Assembly: GCA_964016885.1 (NCBI GenBank)
Contig: OZ024746.1
Span: 99,696,001-99,760,000 of the forward strand
Direction of reading: 5' to 3'
Length of the DNA stretch: 64,000 nt
Source: Eledone cirrhosa
Taxonomy: Eukaryota
Positions 39,109 to 52,906 of this stretch are shown piece by piece. Both the position numbers and the translations under genes were made by a program. How positions within the stretch are numbered: position 1 is the first letter of the stretch; the number at the start of each line of letters is the position of its first letter. A model generated the notes under the pieces. That model was given only the letters and a program-made list of their open reading frames with translations, was not told the DNA's origin and made no database searches.

Positions 39109-39186
39109 ATCACCCACTGATGAGCATGAATTGGTAATTCTATTCACAATTAACATTGCGAAACAACATCAAGTTGTCTGGGTGAT
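39109..39186 (+). ncRNA. Canonical type I hammerhead ribozyme
   Basis: atcaccca-CTGATGA-gca[~30 nt]tgc-GAAA-caac-atcaa-gttg-TC-tgggtgat: 8-bp stem I, true stem III, GUC site at 39176-39178. Confidence 0.88.
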
Positions 39187-39199
39187 CGGAGAGACCTGA

Positions 39200-39590
39200 A
39201 GATCCGTCTCTTCATTGTTACAGAGGAGTATGTGCTGCTGTAGAGATCTGAGACTTGGAGACTGACCAGGAAACTCACTCAGGTGGTGGATGCTACACGA
39301 GAATGCTGAGGATGGCTCTGAACATTAATCAGAGGAACTCAGAGCTGTATGGGAGCCTCCCAAACGTCAGCTCGAGAGTAGCACAGAGGAGACTGAGGTT
39401 AGCTGGAATGCTCACCGACATCCAGAGTTGACTCAGTGCTCCTGTGGGTGCCCCTGCACGGACATACTAGAAGGTTGACATATATTGATGCCCTAAGGAC
39501 ATATACTAGTTTGTGAGAGACGCAGGACATTGCGGCGATGATGAAGGACAGAAACCGCTGGAGAGAACTCGTCCATTGATCTCAGGGTTT
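39200..39590 (+). mobile_element. RTE-type LINE 3' fragment
   Basis: Fragments VLL..SETWRLT, YTRMLRMALNI, RRLRLAG..RHPE and DR.RWR, all decayed. Confidence 0.65.
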
Positions 39591-39616
39591 TACCCGCCCT
39601 AGATATATATAGAGAT

Positions 39617-39674
<58 letters not shown>

Positions 39675-39994
39675 GCATACATACATATGATAATGACTGC
39701 AACTCGTGTTCGAGCATTGCCATCACCCGATGAAATGCTAAAAAATGTGAGGCAGGAATGTGACTCTTTAAACCAGCCAGAGAGTTGCACCCTCTAGCTT
39801 ACACATGACAACTGTAGGCTCTTCTGGGACTTTCTATTGCTTTGTTCTGACTGTGTTCTCATGTGTCTTTAAAGACCTCCCATGCTAACACATTCCTTGC
39901 CACATTCCTTACACCTTATCATATCACAATCTACATGAGGTCTACTCATATGACTTTGTTCGTGGCAAACCAGATGATGCTCAACTACAGACAG

Positions 39995-40790
39995 TTCAGC
40001 AAAGATTATATCCACCGTTCCTCTTTCGTTTCTGAACCCACACTGCGACTCAGGTAACACATTCAGAGAAACCCTTGAGATCAATATATCCATCAAAATT
40101 CGACACATGACTTTACCAACTACTGAAAGATAATTGGCACATTTGTCCTTCCCACACTTTCCTTTATGGAGAATCACCATGAGTGCATCCTTCCTATCTT
40201 GTGGGACAATCTCATCTTCCCACACCTTTTTCATGAGGTCAATCAGGCGCTGCGTGTAATTTTCACCATCGCACTTCAAAATCTGTGAACTCAGAACATT
40301 CATACCAGGAGACTTACCACAGTTCAGCTTATGCACAGCAGAAGTCACCTCTGCAAGAGAAGGTACATCAGCCATCTCATGCTTCCAAGAGAAACCATCA
40401 TCAACCTGGGATGGCTGGTTTAAGAGCTCATCAAAGTGATTCCTCAATATGTCGAGTATGTCTTTTGGATGGAGCAGTAACTGCTTGCCATCTTTTGATC
40501 TCAACGGTGTCACTGGTGAACTGAAAGGACCATACAACTCTCTGAGTAGAGAGTGAAGCAGTTTCACATTGTTGCCATCAGATGCCGCTTGAACTTCATT
40601 TGCTTTGTTGCTCCGCCGGGTATTTGACATGGCCCTGAGTTTCACCTGCACCTTCTTCTTTATCTGCCTGTAACGCTCATAATTGTCACCAACCTTTAAG
40701 AACTGCATCGAGTGCCTTTTGTTTTCTGTCCAGCGGAGCCTTGACCTCCCGGTCATCCTCAACAAACCAGTCCTTGTGTTATCTTGTGAC
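39995..40790 (-). mobile_element. RTE (BovB-like) LINE ORF fragment upstream of and into RT
   Basis: HFDELLNQPS, PSLAEVTSAVHKLNCGKSPG, VPQDRKDALMVILHKGK and VLPESQCGFRNERGTVDIIF; joined at its 5' side to a CRE-like piece at 40800-40935. Confidence 0.85.
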
Positions 40791-42353
40791 AAAGCCAAGG
40801 ACATCAGCTGAAGCCTCATAGACCGAGCTCCTGAAGTTATTCCAGTTGATCGCACAATCGATGCTTTCAATCCCGCTGATATACCAATCTTGCGGAGGAG
40901 CTCAGCAGTACGGGGTCCAAGTACGCCTGAGGTTACATACATAACATCGCAGCAACCGCAACGTACATAGAAAATACAGCAAAGAAAGCTAAAGAATGAG
41001 GAAACATACTTAAAAGTTCTATATTTAGTGAACAGAAAGAAACGACTCCAATGCAGTAGAAACATTACATGGATTTTGCCTGACTTACCTAAAACTCCAA
41101 TCACTTAACAAATTAACCCAAATTTATTACAAACAGAGGTTCTCAAACTTTTGGGGCCACCCTCCCCCACCCCTCAGCGACCCCCACTTCTGTTTCCAGA
41201 GAGACCTGCCTACACGCAAACTGTAAACAATATATAATATATACCAGAGTGTTGTAGTTTGTTTGGAGCATTGTGGAATAGGAAATACAAATAAGTTTCA
41301 AGGCCCTACAATACATACAAGGTTAAAGGTGCGAAGGTAATAGTAGTTATAGAGGTAAGAATGAGGACAATAGAAATTTATCTTAGCAAATTTAATTATC
41401 TCAAATATTGTCGGGTTTAAAAACCCATTATCAAGAGAGGATCCGTGTGTAGGTCTTATATAAACCCGTTAATTTATACATAATAAATAATATAATATAT
41501 ATTATCAATCAAAAGTCGATCGACTTTCGTCAAATCGGACCGAGGAAACAATGTTTCCATTGGTCTTTCAAATTGCTAATACTATCTATCGGTCGCAACT
41601 CCAGGTAGAAGGAGCAACATGAAATAAAGTGTCTTAGCCAATGACATAACGCATCACCCGCTCCTGGAATCGAACTCACAACCTCACGATTGCGAATCCA
41701 ATTCTCTAACCACTCAGCCACGTGCCATACTATATATTAGCAAATATTATATTTAACTATATTTATATGTATCATTTGATATGTAATATACTATTATATC
41801 ATCTCTACCACCCCCTTAGGACCCAGTACCTCCTTCACCTTCTCAACGCCCCCTGGGGAGCAGTAGCACCCATTTTGATAACATATGCTGTTGTAAGGAG
41901 ACATCACTCATAGACCACCTTAACAACGTAATGAAAATACTAAAATAGAAAATCTACCTGGACATGAGTGAAGAAGAGATTTACCACAGCAAACCTGCTC
42001 TCAGACCTTTTCGTTAAATGAACAGTAACCCACAAACACCTAAGTGATACTCCAAGACCCCCCCCCCCCCCCGTTCGATCAACAAGATCCCAGACTTCAT
42101 TAGCTTGCCGCGTGGGGTGGACCTCGTCAAATCGGACACTATTGGTATTTCCATTGTTGATAATATCTATCGATCGCAACTCATAGCAGAATTGAACTTT
42201 GTAACCATTCTGTAAGCACTAAGCCACGTACCTTCACCTCCAAAACTACGCCATCCTCAAAATACTCAGCCACTCAACCCAAATTATAAACAAAGCCGAC
42301 ACAAATAGATGCAATAACAACTTCGTTAGCCTCATACACCGTCTTGTGATGGA

Positions 42354-42629
42354 CAGAGTGGGCCAGAATTCACGACTCACTTGTTAGTTACATTTCTTAA
42401 CATCTGTTATTGTATTGTTTTAATTTATTATTTTATTTTTTAATATGCCTCACAGGTTTTTTTATTTATCTTTTCTAAATTTGATTAACCATGGCCCATC
42501 CTTTGCTAAGCTTGGAGAAATGTGTTCAATGCGTGAGATTATTTGCTAAAACAGACATCACTGAAGTCTGCAGTCTGTTAATAGATCTATAAATAATGAA
42601 GTGAGTCATGAATTCTGGCCCACCCTGTA
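42354..42629. mobile_element. Tc1/mariner-type MITE
   Basis: ~29-bp TIRs CAGAGTGGGCCAGAATTCACGACTCACTT / AAGTGAGTCATGAATTCTGGCCCACCCTG followed by TA. Confidence 0.8.
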
Positions 42630-42922
42630 CAGTAAAGATGATAAATAATTGTTTCTACATTTGACACAAAGCCAGAAATTTGAAGGGAAGGGGAAATTCG
42701 ACTAAATCGACCCTAGTGCATTACTGGTAGTTTATTTTATCGACCTCGTAAGGATGAAAGGCAAGGCTAACCTCAGCGGGGTTTGAACACAGAATGTAAA
42801 TGGTCATAACAATATGCCAAAAAGTTACGGCCCATTGAGGTTAGCTTTGCCTTTCGAGATGTGCCAGGTTGTTTTTAGCAGCAACAATAATAGCTGAAGA
42901 TACCTTAATCTAGTTAGAACTG

Positions 42923-43465
42923 GTTGTGTGACCTTGATAGGTCCACGCCAAAGTGGGTGGGAGATCTCCCCGTTGTGTGACCTTGATAGGTCCACGCCAA
43001 AGTGGATGGGAGATCTCCCCGTTGTGTGACCTTGATAGGTCGACGCCAAAGTGGGTGGGAGATCTCCCCGTTGTGTGACCTTGATAGGTCCACGCCAAAG
43101 TGGGTGGGAGATCTCCCCGTTGTGTGACCTTGATAGGTCCACGCCAAAGTGGGTGGGAGATCTCCCCGTTGTGTGACCTTGATAGGTCGACGCCAAAGTG
43201 GGTGGGAGATCTCCCCGTTGTGTGACCTTGATAGGTCGACGCCAAAGTGGGTGGGAGATCTCCCCGTTGTGTGACCTTGATAGGTCCACGCCAAAGTGGG
43301 TGGGAGATCTCCCCGTTGTGTGACCTTGATAGGTCCACGCCAAAGTGGGTGGGAGATCTCCCCGTTGTGTGACCTTGATAGGTCGACGCCAAAGTGGGTG
43401 GGAGATCTCCCCGTTGTGTGACCTTGATAGGTCGACGCCAAAGTGGGTGGGAGATCTCCCCGTTG
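42923..43465. repeat. 49-bp minisatellite, 11 copies
   Basis: Unit GTTGTGTGACCTTGATAGGT(C/G)..CGCCAAAGTGGGTGGGAGATCTCCCC with no spacers; two main variants (GTCCAC and GTCGAC). Confidence 0.95.
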
Positions 43466-44190
43466 AACCGGGAGAGTTGACAGGTCTGCGGTTATGGCTA
43501 AGCTAGAACTTAAACAACATCATAAGAAAAGGAATGCCGCGGAATGAAATCTAAAGAAACGACTCTCATGGCTGATACTATTTTAAGAGATAATTTATTA
43601 TGGATAATTCAAGTGGTATTACTATGACGTCATTATATTATCCACTTGTGAAGAATGTAAGTAAAACAACTAGTCTAACAAAATTGACTTTCTGAAGGGC
43701 TTATTTCCGAAATGTTCTTTAATTGTAATGTTTGTGTGGGCCCATATTGTCGGTTTCGGTGCTTGCATGTGTTTGCTTTCTTTACAAGAAGGATTTTGAA
43801 GAGGTCAAATAACAGGCCAGTGCTATGATCCCAATTAACAACGTAAATCAGTAACCAGAGAATAAGATCAATATCTGTGATTACTCACACTACATTCCCC
43901 CCCCCCTCTCTCTCTCGGTTACTTACTTGTTACCAACTTTCTGGTCACTATGTGGTCTCGGTAACGACACGGTCTGTATACTATCTATTCAATATTTTCT
44001 CTACTCCCAAAGAATTTACCCCTGATGACGGAATAAATTCTTCCAAAATTGGTTGTTTTAATGTATTGAAATAATTAATATTGTTTCTTTGTTCCGGAAC
44101 CCACAGTTGGGAACACAATATGAGTGACACTGACTTTTTTTAGTTAGTCTAGCTTAACTTCCCCCATATCGAGATTTCGGCTTAAGATTA

Positions 44191-44231
<41 letters not shown>

Positions 44232-44424
44232 TTTTAAATGCTGATGTTACATAAATCGTTTATTCATTATAATTATTTCAACGGTTCCCTTATGCAGACC
44301 ATGATGTCTCGTATGCATTTGTTGATATGGGAACGATATTTTCAGATAAAACCCGATTTTGTGATATGCTGCAGGCGAAAAACATGTCCTCCTTCTCGTG
44401 TGCCCGACTCACATATATATATTT

Positions 44425-44750
44425 AAGGGTAAAGACCCCTCCCCCCTTCTGTCACGAATGGGCATGGAACTTACACATAGAAAGTTCCCCTCCGAGGCAC
44501 AAGTCCGGTCAATGATGTTCGTGGAAGCCCAGCAATCACCCATGCATACTAGCCTTCCTTCTCAACGTCACCTATGATGTCCAAGGGAAAGGCAATGACC
44601 GATACAGCTTAACACCAGTGACGTGGCAACTCCTTTCTGCAGCTGAGTAAACTGAAGCAACGTGAAATAGAGTGTCTTGCTCAAGGACACAACGCATCAC
44701 CCTATCCGAGAATCGAACTCACAACATCACGATTGGAAGCCTAACGCTCC
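44425..44750 (-). mobile_element. SINE family B, near full length
   Basis: Reverse-strand tRNA-like head (GAGTTCGATTC B box), GTGTCCTTGAGCAAGACAC block and long body. Confidence 0.75.
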
Positions 44751-46711
44751 TTCACACACATACACACACACACATGACACGACATAACATACACGTGTGT
44801 GTGTATGTATGTATGTTATGTCGTGTCACTCTTGAGTGCTACTGGTAACATGTAACCCAGTACAACCTGTTGCATGGCGGGTCATCGGTGACTAAATCGG
44901 CAACCCCACCAAGTTTACTCGAGGGGAGTGATTTTGGACACTCTGCAGGACAAAAAACAAAACCTGACAAAGGGCGGAAGAACTCATAAAGAGTCAACGG
45001 TCTTCCAAAAATGTGTAAATATGTATATACACATGTACATATGTAAGTATATGTATATGTGTATATATATATGGGTGCATGTGTATGTATATGCGCGGGG
45101 ACATAGAAATAATCGGACTGGACACCTGATCGCGCGGTTAAACCACTGGGAGTGAAGGACCCCTAGCCTTTGTCAGGGCATTCTTCTGGGAGAAGGCAAC
45201 TCTGGAAACTGGGATAACTCCGACATTAAACATGCAGCTCAGTAGTTACCAATGATGTTGATCTTTTCTTCTTTTCGGGTTATAGCTACTGTCGCTCAGA
45301 GAGTGGGATTGGCTCAGTGCACAGTCTTTCCTCACTATAAAAAAAAATCTCCACGCACAGGCATTGCACGATAGCATTAATTGATAATTATTAATAATGT
45401 TATATCGTGCAATGGCCATACTCGATAACGAGGGGGCAGCCATCATGTATGTATCTACGCCCCCACCCCACCACACAGGCACTTAATTGATTTTGCAATT
45501 AACTTTTAAATGTGTGCTGCTCAGCTGCTGTCGTTTGCACTGTATCTGCATATTTCCATTTGATGGGGGTAGATGGCGTGTGTTGGGTCCGTTTCAGATA
45601 GAGGCATGTTCTTCAGTTCTTTAAGTTTTTTTTAGCAATGGTACATAATGGGATCTCAGGTTCCCATCCTTCTTTTTCTTGGTCATGTGAGGCAACGTTC
45701 TGGCACGGCTTGGGATGGGCAAATCTGCAATTTGTTCCATCCATCACTCGCATGACAGCAGACTTTATTTGTGAGTTGAGCGTTGTCATGGTTTTTGCAT
45801 TCCTCGTGATTTTACGGTTATTTTATAAGTTATTTTTATTTTTATTTTTATTCTTTGTTTCCTGGCCGTGTTTGTGTAATTGGGCCTTGTGGTCACATGA
45901 TTTTCTTTACGATTCCCAGGGACAACTTTGGCTCCATTACTGTGGTTAGTAGTTGTGTTACTGTGGCCAGACTTATCCATGTTTGCGCTCATGTCTGTGT
46001 CAGTGTTAGCACTGCGCTTCTCAGCATCCTCCTTTGCTCACAGCGCTACCTTTGTGAGGAGCCGCCTCAGAGCCTTTGACATCCTCATTGTCAGATCTAT
46101 GTTCCACACCCTCATCCTCTGCATCCCTCATAATGATGTCTAGCATTATGAGGGATGCAGTCTAAGATATAGGAACGTGTACATTCGTTCTTCTTCCCGG
46201 GGGGCTATAGATCACTGGAAGCTGGCTCATCAGGGCCTCAGTGATAAACTCGTTCGGTGGAAATTCGCCGGGCATGTTTCATGCCAGCAGGAAGGTTCAG
46301 AGCTTGGTTTTCCGGATGTTGCCTGGTTTCGTTTGTTCTTCCATAAGACTGCATTTACTGGCATCCATTCTTAATTTGTTTCCTTTTCAAAAAGCGTCAA
46401 TATTTATCAAAAATAAGATTTTGGTTTAATTATCTTACTAATGGATGAGGACCACCAATAAAGATGATTGAACTTATTTAATTTTTAGAGTTCAGGATTG
46501 CTGTGACATATATACGAAGATAAACATACATACTGGGAAATTTGCATTTGGATAAATTAATGATTTGCATAACAGGAATCCTATAGAATATGGCTATTAG
46601 TGTCACTTGATTAATTATATAAATATTTTAATAAGTTATTAATACGATATAATACATAAATGTTCAGCATATATGTATAAATGACATACAGGAAAAAATG
46701 TAGGGTTAGAA

Positions 46712-48332
46712 CAGCGCTTCTCAACCTTTTGTGCACCATGCCCCACCTCGACAACTCGAAAGTTTTTTTGCCCCAACCTTTAATATGAAAACAGCGATGA
46801 TCAATTGCAAAGTGTAAACTAATTGGCATACAGGTGGTGCCAGATACACAATAACATGTGTGGAGGAGGTGAGACAGGAGTTTCTGACAGCAATGTGTAC
46901 CATATAGGTGGTGCCAGATGTACAATAACATGTGGAGGGGTGAGACAGGAGTTTGTGACAGCAATGTGTACCATACAGGTGGTGCCAGATACACAATAAC
47001 ATGTGTGGAAGAGGTGAGACAGGAGTTTCTGACAGCAATGTGTACCATATAGGTGGTGTCTGATGTACAATAACATGTGGAGGAGGTGAGACGGGAGTTT
47101 CTGACAGCAATGTGTACCATATAGGTGGTGCCAGATGTACAATAACATGTGGAGGAGGTGAGACATGAGTTTCTGACAGTAATGTGTACCATACAGGTGG
47201 TGTCAGATGTACAATAACATGTGGAGGAGGTGAGACGGGAGTTTCTGACAGCAATGTGTACCATATAGGTGGTGCCAAATGTACAATAACATGTGTGGAG
47301 GAGGTGAGACGAGAGTTTCTGACAGCAATGTGTACCATATAGGTGGTGCCAGATGTACAATAACATGTGGAGGAGGTGAGACAGGAGTTTCTGACAGTAA
47401 TGTGTACCATACAGGTGGTGTCAGGTGTACAATAACATGTGGAGGAGGTGAGACGGGAGTTTCTGACAGCAATGTGTACCATATAGGTGGTGCCAGATGT
47501 ACATAACATGTGGTGGAAGTGAGACAGGAGTTTGTGACAGTAATATGTACCATACAGGTGGTGCCAGATGTACAATAACATGTGGAGGAGGTGAGACGGG
47601 AGTTTCTGACAGTAATGTGTACCATACAGGTGGTGTCAGGTGTACAATAACATGTGGTGGAAGTGAGACAGGAGTTTGTGACAGTAATATGTACCATACA
47701 GGTGGTGTCAGGTGTACAATAACATGTGGTGGAAGTGAGACAGGAGTTTGTGACAGTAATATGTACCATACAGGTGGTGCCAGATGTACAATAACATGTG
47801 GAGGAGGTGAGACAGGAGTTTCTGACAGTAATGTGTACCATACAGGTGGTGCCAGATGTACAATAACATGTGGAGGAGGTGAGACAGGAGTTTCTGACAG
47901 TAATATGTACCATACAGGTGGTGTCAGGTGTACAATAACATGTGGAGGAGGTGAGACGAGAGTTTCTGACAGTAATATGTACCATACAGGTGGTGTCAGG
48001 TGTACAATAACATGTGGAGGAGGTGAGACAGGAGTTTCTGACAGTAATATGTACCATACAGGTGGTGCCAGATGTACAATAACATGTGGAGGAGGTGAGA
48101 CAGGAGTTTCTGACAGTAATATGTACCATACAGGTGGTGTCAGGTGTACAATAACATGTGGAGGAGGTGAGACGAGAGTTTCTGACAGTAATGTGACTGA
48201 AGTTGTCTTGGTGTAAAAGTAAATAAGGTAAAACCTGAAGATTGTTCTAATTAACATGATTTTCAAAATGCACTCCTTAAATATTGAAATCGCCCCTCTG
48301 TGGGAGTGTATTCCCCAAGTTGGGAATCACTG
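46712..48332. mobile_element. hAT (Charlie-like) MITE with 8-bp TSD, inflated by a minisatellite
   Basis: TIRs CAGCGCTTCTCAAC / GTTGGGAATCACTG flanked by a perfect 8-bp duplication GGTTAGAA (46704-46711, 48333-48340). Confidence 0.85.
46828..48194. repeat. 72-bp minisatellite, about 19 copies
   Basis: Unit CATACAGGTGGTGCCAGATGTACAATAACATGTGGAGGAGGTGAGACAGGAGTTTCTGACAGTAATGTGTAC; some units are 70 or 74 bp. Confidence 0.95.
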
Positions 48333-48924
48333 GGTTAGAACCAAAGAAGTTGTGATCGTCATGCATGTTTGTAATTAAATTTTAAAGGATTACAGACATC
48401 AATATATATATAAATAAATATACAAACACACATGATGTATTGCCACGGTTGATATTATGCTGTATGTGTGTGTTTTGTGAGTGTGTGTGTGTGTGTGTCT
48501 GTGTATGTCTGTATGTGTGTCCTTGTGAGTGAGTATGTTTATGTGTTTGTGTGCGTGTCCTTTTGTGTGTGTGTTTGTGTGCGTGTATATGTGTGTGAAA
48601 GTGCTTGTGTGTGTGAGTGTGTATGTTTGTGTGCGTTTGTGTGTTTGGGTGTTTGTATGTTTGAAAGTATTTGTGTGTGTGTGTTTGTGAGTGTGTATGT
48701 TTATGTGCGTGTGCGTTTGTGTGTGTGTGTTTGTGTGTGTTTGTGTGTGTGTTTGTGCGTATGTGTGTTTGTTTGTGTGTGTGTTTGAACGTGTGTGCGT
48801 TTGTGTGTATGTGTGTGTGTCTGTTTGTGTGTTTGTGTGTGTATTTGAAAGTGTTTGTGTGTGTGTGTTTGTGTGTTTGTTTGAGTGTGTTTTTGAAAGT
48901 GTGTGCGTGTGCGTTTGTGTGTAT

Positions 48925-48956
<32 letters not shown>

Positions 48957-49406
48957 TTGAAAGCGTGTGCGTGTGTGTGTATGTGTGTTTGTGTGTGTGT
49001 TTGTGCGTGAGTGTGAAAGTGTGTATGAGTGTGTGTAGTTATATATTAGCTGGAGTATGGTCATATATGTTCAGTTAGAAAAGCTGTATACCTCTCAATG
49101 ACTCTACATTTGTTTCTCTTGAGGCATCAGTACAAAAGATTGCTGATGGCAATTAATTATTAAGAAGTGTCATGGAGGGATGTACTCCCGGCCTAGATAA
49201 AAATAGATTACACTTGATATGGTTTTATTGACTGTAAAGATTGGAAGATGTGTCAACAACAGACAATAAAAAACATCGCTACAACATGGTGGTTCTGGTT
49301 TAGATATGAGGCCATCATTGCGGGGGAGGGCGATTAAATCGAACCCCAGTACGTAACTGCTATTTTATTTGACTAGGGATTTTCTTCAACACACTGACGC
49401 GTATGT

Positions 49407-49438
<32 letters not shown>

Positions 49439-49734
49439 ATGCATATATTGACCCCGGCAGGATTTGAGCCGGAACAAACACTGCGAATCATTCTATCCAA
49501 CGTTTTGACGACTCTGCCAATTCGTCGCTTTAATTGCTGTAACCTAAGGGTTGCGGATTTAGGCACAGCTAACCCCGGCGGGATTTGAACTCAGAACCCC
49601 AAGAGCCGTAATTACATGCCACAAAGCATGTTGAACGACGCTCTACCGATTCTGCCATTCCATTGCCCTGTTATATTAATTAACGATTAGTCTGGTGGAA
49701 CAAACTGCAGCTGGAATTGTTAACATATATAGAA

Positions 49735-49950
49735 ATAACGGTTTCTGATTTAGGCACAAGGCCAGCAATTTTGAGGGGAGAGTCGATTAAATCGACCCAG
49801 TGCATTACTGGTACTTTAATTTATCAAGCCCATAAGGATGATCGCAAAGCTAACCTCGGTCGGATTTAAACTCAGAAGGTAAAGGACCGTAACTATATGT
49901 CACAAACGATAATGTCCGACGCTCTAACGACTCTGCCAAGTCACCGCCCT
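49735..49950 (-). mobile_element. SINE family A (further fragments at 49290-49670)
   Basis: Reverse copy. Confidence 0.8.
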
Positions 49951-50459
49951 TAATTACGGTAAACATAATAAAACCTCTTTAAACAGTATTTGAAATAATT
50001 TGAGGTTAAGAAACTCTCGTGGTATAATCTCTTAAACAACAAAACCAAACAAAAACAACCACTACTTAGGTATACGATTTATTCCAGCACTTGGAGCATT
50101 TTATTGTGTAGTTTATAGCTTCTTGACAAGTGTTCTATATTAACACGTAATTAAGATAACAAGGTGAGAAATATCTTTCTTCATCTTAACAATGACATAC
50201 ACAAGTGTGAGGGTACATATACAAACAAATAATTACGCAATGAAATATAAAACAAGACGGTTCAATCCACCCTCATCCTCGGGCTGCTGAAAAATCCCCC
50301 GTGGGCTTAATATCACAGCAACACCAAATATATGTAGATATAGATATACAGTTGTCTCCCGGTATTTGGGGGGAGGGGGTGGGGGGTTACATTCCTAGAG
50401 CACCTACGAAGATTGAAAAACTGCGAATATTGGACAATGTCCATAACAATTGCCTCTCT

Positions 50460-50835
50460 TCTTCGCTAAACTCCGCCAGTTACAGACTCCGCGTCAACAT
50501 GAGATATCTCTCTCCACAAAGTTCCATCACCAGCAACAGAGTTCAAAGAGCAAATATCAAGTCCAGTCTATAAGTTGACATTGTAAAGTCAATGTTTGGG
50601 CTGCCGGCCTCTGCTTCTCTTACCAGCCAAACTTCCTTCCAGGCATAACCTACTCACACCACGAGTTGACCTTTTTATATGACCGTATAGTTTAAGTACT
50701 CTTGACTTGACAATTGATGTAATTGGTCTAAGTTTGGTAATGTTGAGCAGTTCACTGATACAGATACGGTCCCTGAGCTACTTGCCAGTTATAAGTCTCA
50801 TGATGTGGTTCTGGAACGTAGAGAGCTTCTGAAAT
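50460..50835 (-). mobile_element. RTE-type LINE C-terminal fragment
   Basis: KLSTFQNHIMRLITG..RDRI..SELL...LKLYGHIKR...CLEGSLAGKRSRGRQPK. Confidence 0.75.
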
Positions 50836-51296
50836 GACCTATAAACGTCAAAACATAACGTAAAATATAGGCCGGCAAATACGGTATATTGTTATTAATA
50901 ATTTAGCGGGGAAAAGCATATACTGCCACGAAAAAAGCCATAAAAGAATCGCTGAAGATATTTACGAATCCGCAAATATGCGGTGGTTTTCACGAATTAT
51001 TATTAGTTAGGGGTCGATAAAATAAAGTACCAGTAATGCACTGGGTAATTGCTGGCCTTGTGCCAAAAGGAGAAACAATTATTCGTTAAGTTCTAAGGAA
51101 AATTCCGCGAATAACCGAGACCTCGAATGCCAGAGGGGGAGCTCAGCAGTAGGAAGTCAACGACGATGCCTGAGGTCTCGACACTGACCGGTACGAAGAG
51201 GAAGTGATCGGACAAGTCCCGGTATTTGTTTGTCTTCCTGTCTTCTACGAGAGGGCTTGATAAGGATTATATATATATATATCTATATATATATAT

Positions 51297-51378
<82 letters not shown>

Positions 51379-51451
51379 GTAAAGCAAATATTCATTATAA
51401 GAACAGATTAAAATTTAAGCAAAGAATCTTTGCTTAAACTTTAATCTGTTC

Positions 51452-51550
<99 letters not shown>

Positions 51551-51554
51551 TACA

Positions 51555-52595
51555 TTATAAAGAAAGAAGAACCATTACACATAAATAAAAAAATATATAT
51601 ACCCAATACTCTTCGACATCCTCGACTGCGCAGTTTCGTGGCTACTATGCAAAAACATTACATCATAGAGATGCAGTATTGTTGTGAGGTTTGCCAACTT
51701 ATCAAGAGAATACCTCATTTAAAGTTTCAAAACACGTCCCTGAAAGGCGGAGGGGGAACTTATCACGTGATATAGTGGTCAAGAAACAGAGTTAAGCTTC
51801 TTACAACCAAGAGAAAAATACCATAAATGGCGGAGGGGGTATTAATATCTAGGCTACAGACGAGGTGGCTAAGTAGGGCTAGAAGTGTAAATAGTGTAAG
51901 CTTGACAGCAGTCACTATACTTCAGTGGTTACTCTACCGTAGGGAGTTATAGACAATAAAAAGAAATACACAGATACATGCGAATACATACATATACATG
52001 CATATACACACATATATCCCTGAATTTGTGTGGAGCCAACCTTAACCGTTGTTGGTCTATGATTATTCTCTTGATAAGTTGGCAAACCTCACAAAAATAC
52101 TACATCTCTATGATGTAATGTTTTTGCATAGTAGCCACAAAACTGCGCAGTCGAGGATGTTGAAGAATATTGGGTATATATATATATTTATTTATGTCTA
52201 ATGTTTCTTCTTTCTTTATAATGTATTATATAGCTCTGATATTGAGTTAATCTAATTAATTCAGATTATTTTGTCCCTAAGGGCGGTGGATTGGCAGTAT
52301 CGGTAGAGAGTCGGACACCATGCTTTGAAGCATAGAGTTACGTCCCTTTATGATCTGAGTTCAAATCCCGCCGAGGTTAACTTTGCCTTTCATCCTTACG
52401 GGGTCGATAAAATAAAGTACCAGTAATGTACTGGGTAATTGCTGGCCTTGTGCCTAAAATAGAAACAATTATTTTGTCCCTATTAATCATAGAGCAACAA
52501 CGGTTAAGGTTGGCACCACACAAATTTAGGGATATATGTGTGTATATGCATGTATATGTATGTATTCGCATGTATCTGTGTATTTCTTTTTATTG

Positions 52596-52600
<5 letters not shown>
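51555..52600. repeat. Interleaved inverted repeats A(51555-51715), B(51950-52065), A'(52063-52225), SINE(52280-52470), B'(52483-52598); A contains a U3-A8 hammerhead
   Basis: A reverse complement: attctc-TTGATAA-gttggc[~50 nt]gccac-GAAA-ctgcgcag-TC-gaggat (51618-51711). A' has GAAA changed to AAAA. The SINE has TSD ATTATTTTGTCCCTA. Confidence 0.85.
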
Positions 52601-52630
<30 letters not shown>

Positions 52631-52850
52631 ATGTGTCTATGTATGTAAAAGGTAAACAGAAATAACAACACAATCGGTACAGTATATGGAAGGAATATAT
52701 TAGGTTAACGCTTGATATAGCAGGAAGAGGGTCTTAACGTTTCGGACGCTAGTCCTTCACCAGAACAAAGAATGAAAAATAAGATAGATTGAGAGGACGG
52801 GCGGGATGGAATTGGAAAAAATGTCTTTAGATATATATATATGTGTGTGC

Positions 52851-52882
<32 letters not shown>

Positions 52883-52906
52883 TAAAGGTAAATATATATA
52901 TATATA

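Noticed and set aside
39869-41104. 411-aa ORF as a single gene
   Set aside because: It is a chimera of an RTE fragment, a CRE fragment and flanking sequence; RT is truncated before its catalytic motifs.
42923-43465. CRISPR-like array
   Set aside because: Units are contiguous with no unique spacers, there are no cas genes, and the context is eukaryotic; it is a minisatellite.
45500-46430. LINE-like decayed coding sequence (also 14400-14800 and 31600-32090)
   Set aside because: Only weak motif hints such as NKLRMDASKCSLM; a family cannot be assigned without a search.
46611-48266. Long Cys/Thr-rich ORFs (239-308 aa)
   Set aside because: They are translations of the 72-bp repeat, open in several frames on both strands, inside a MITE.
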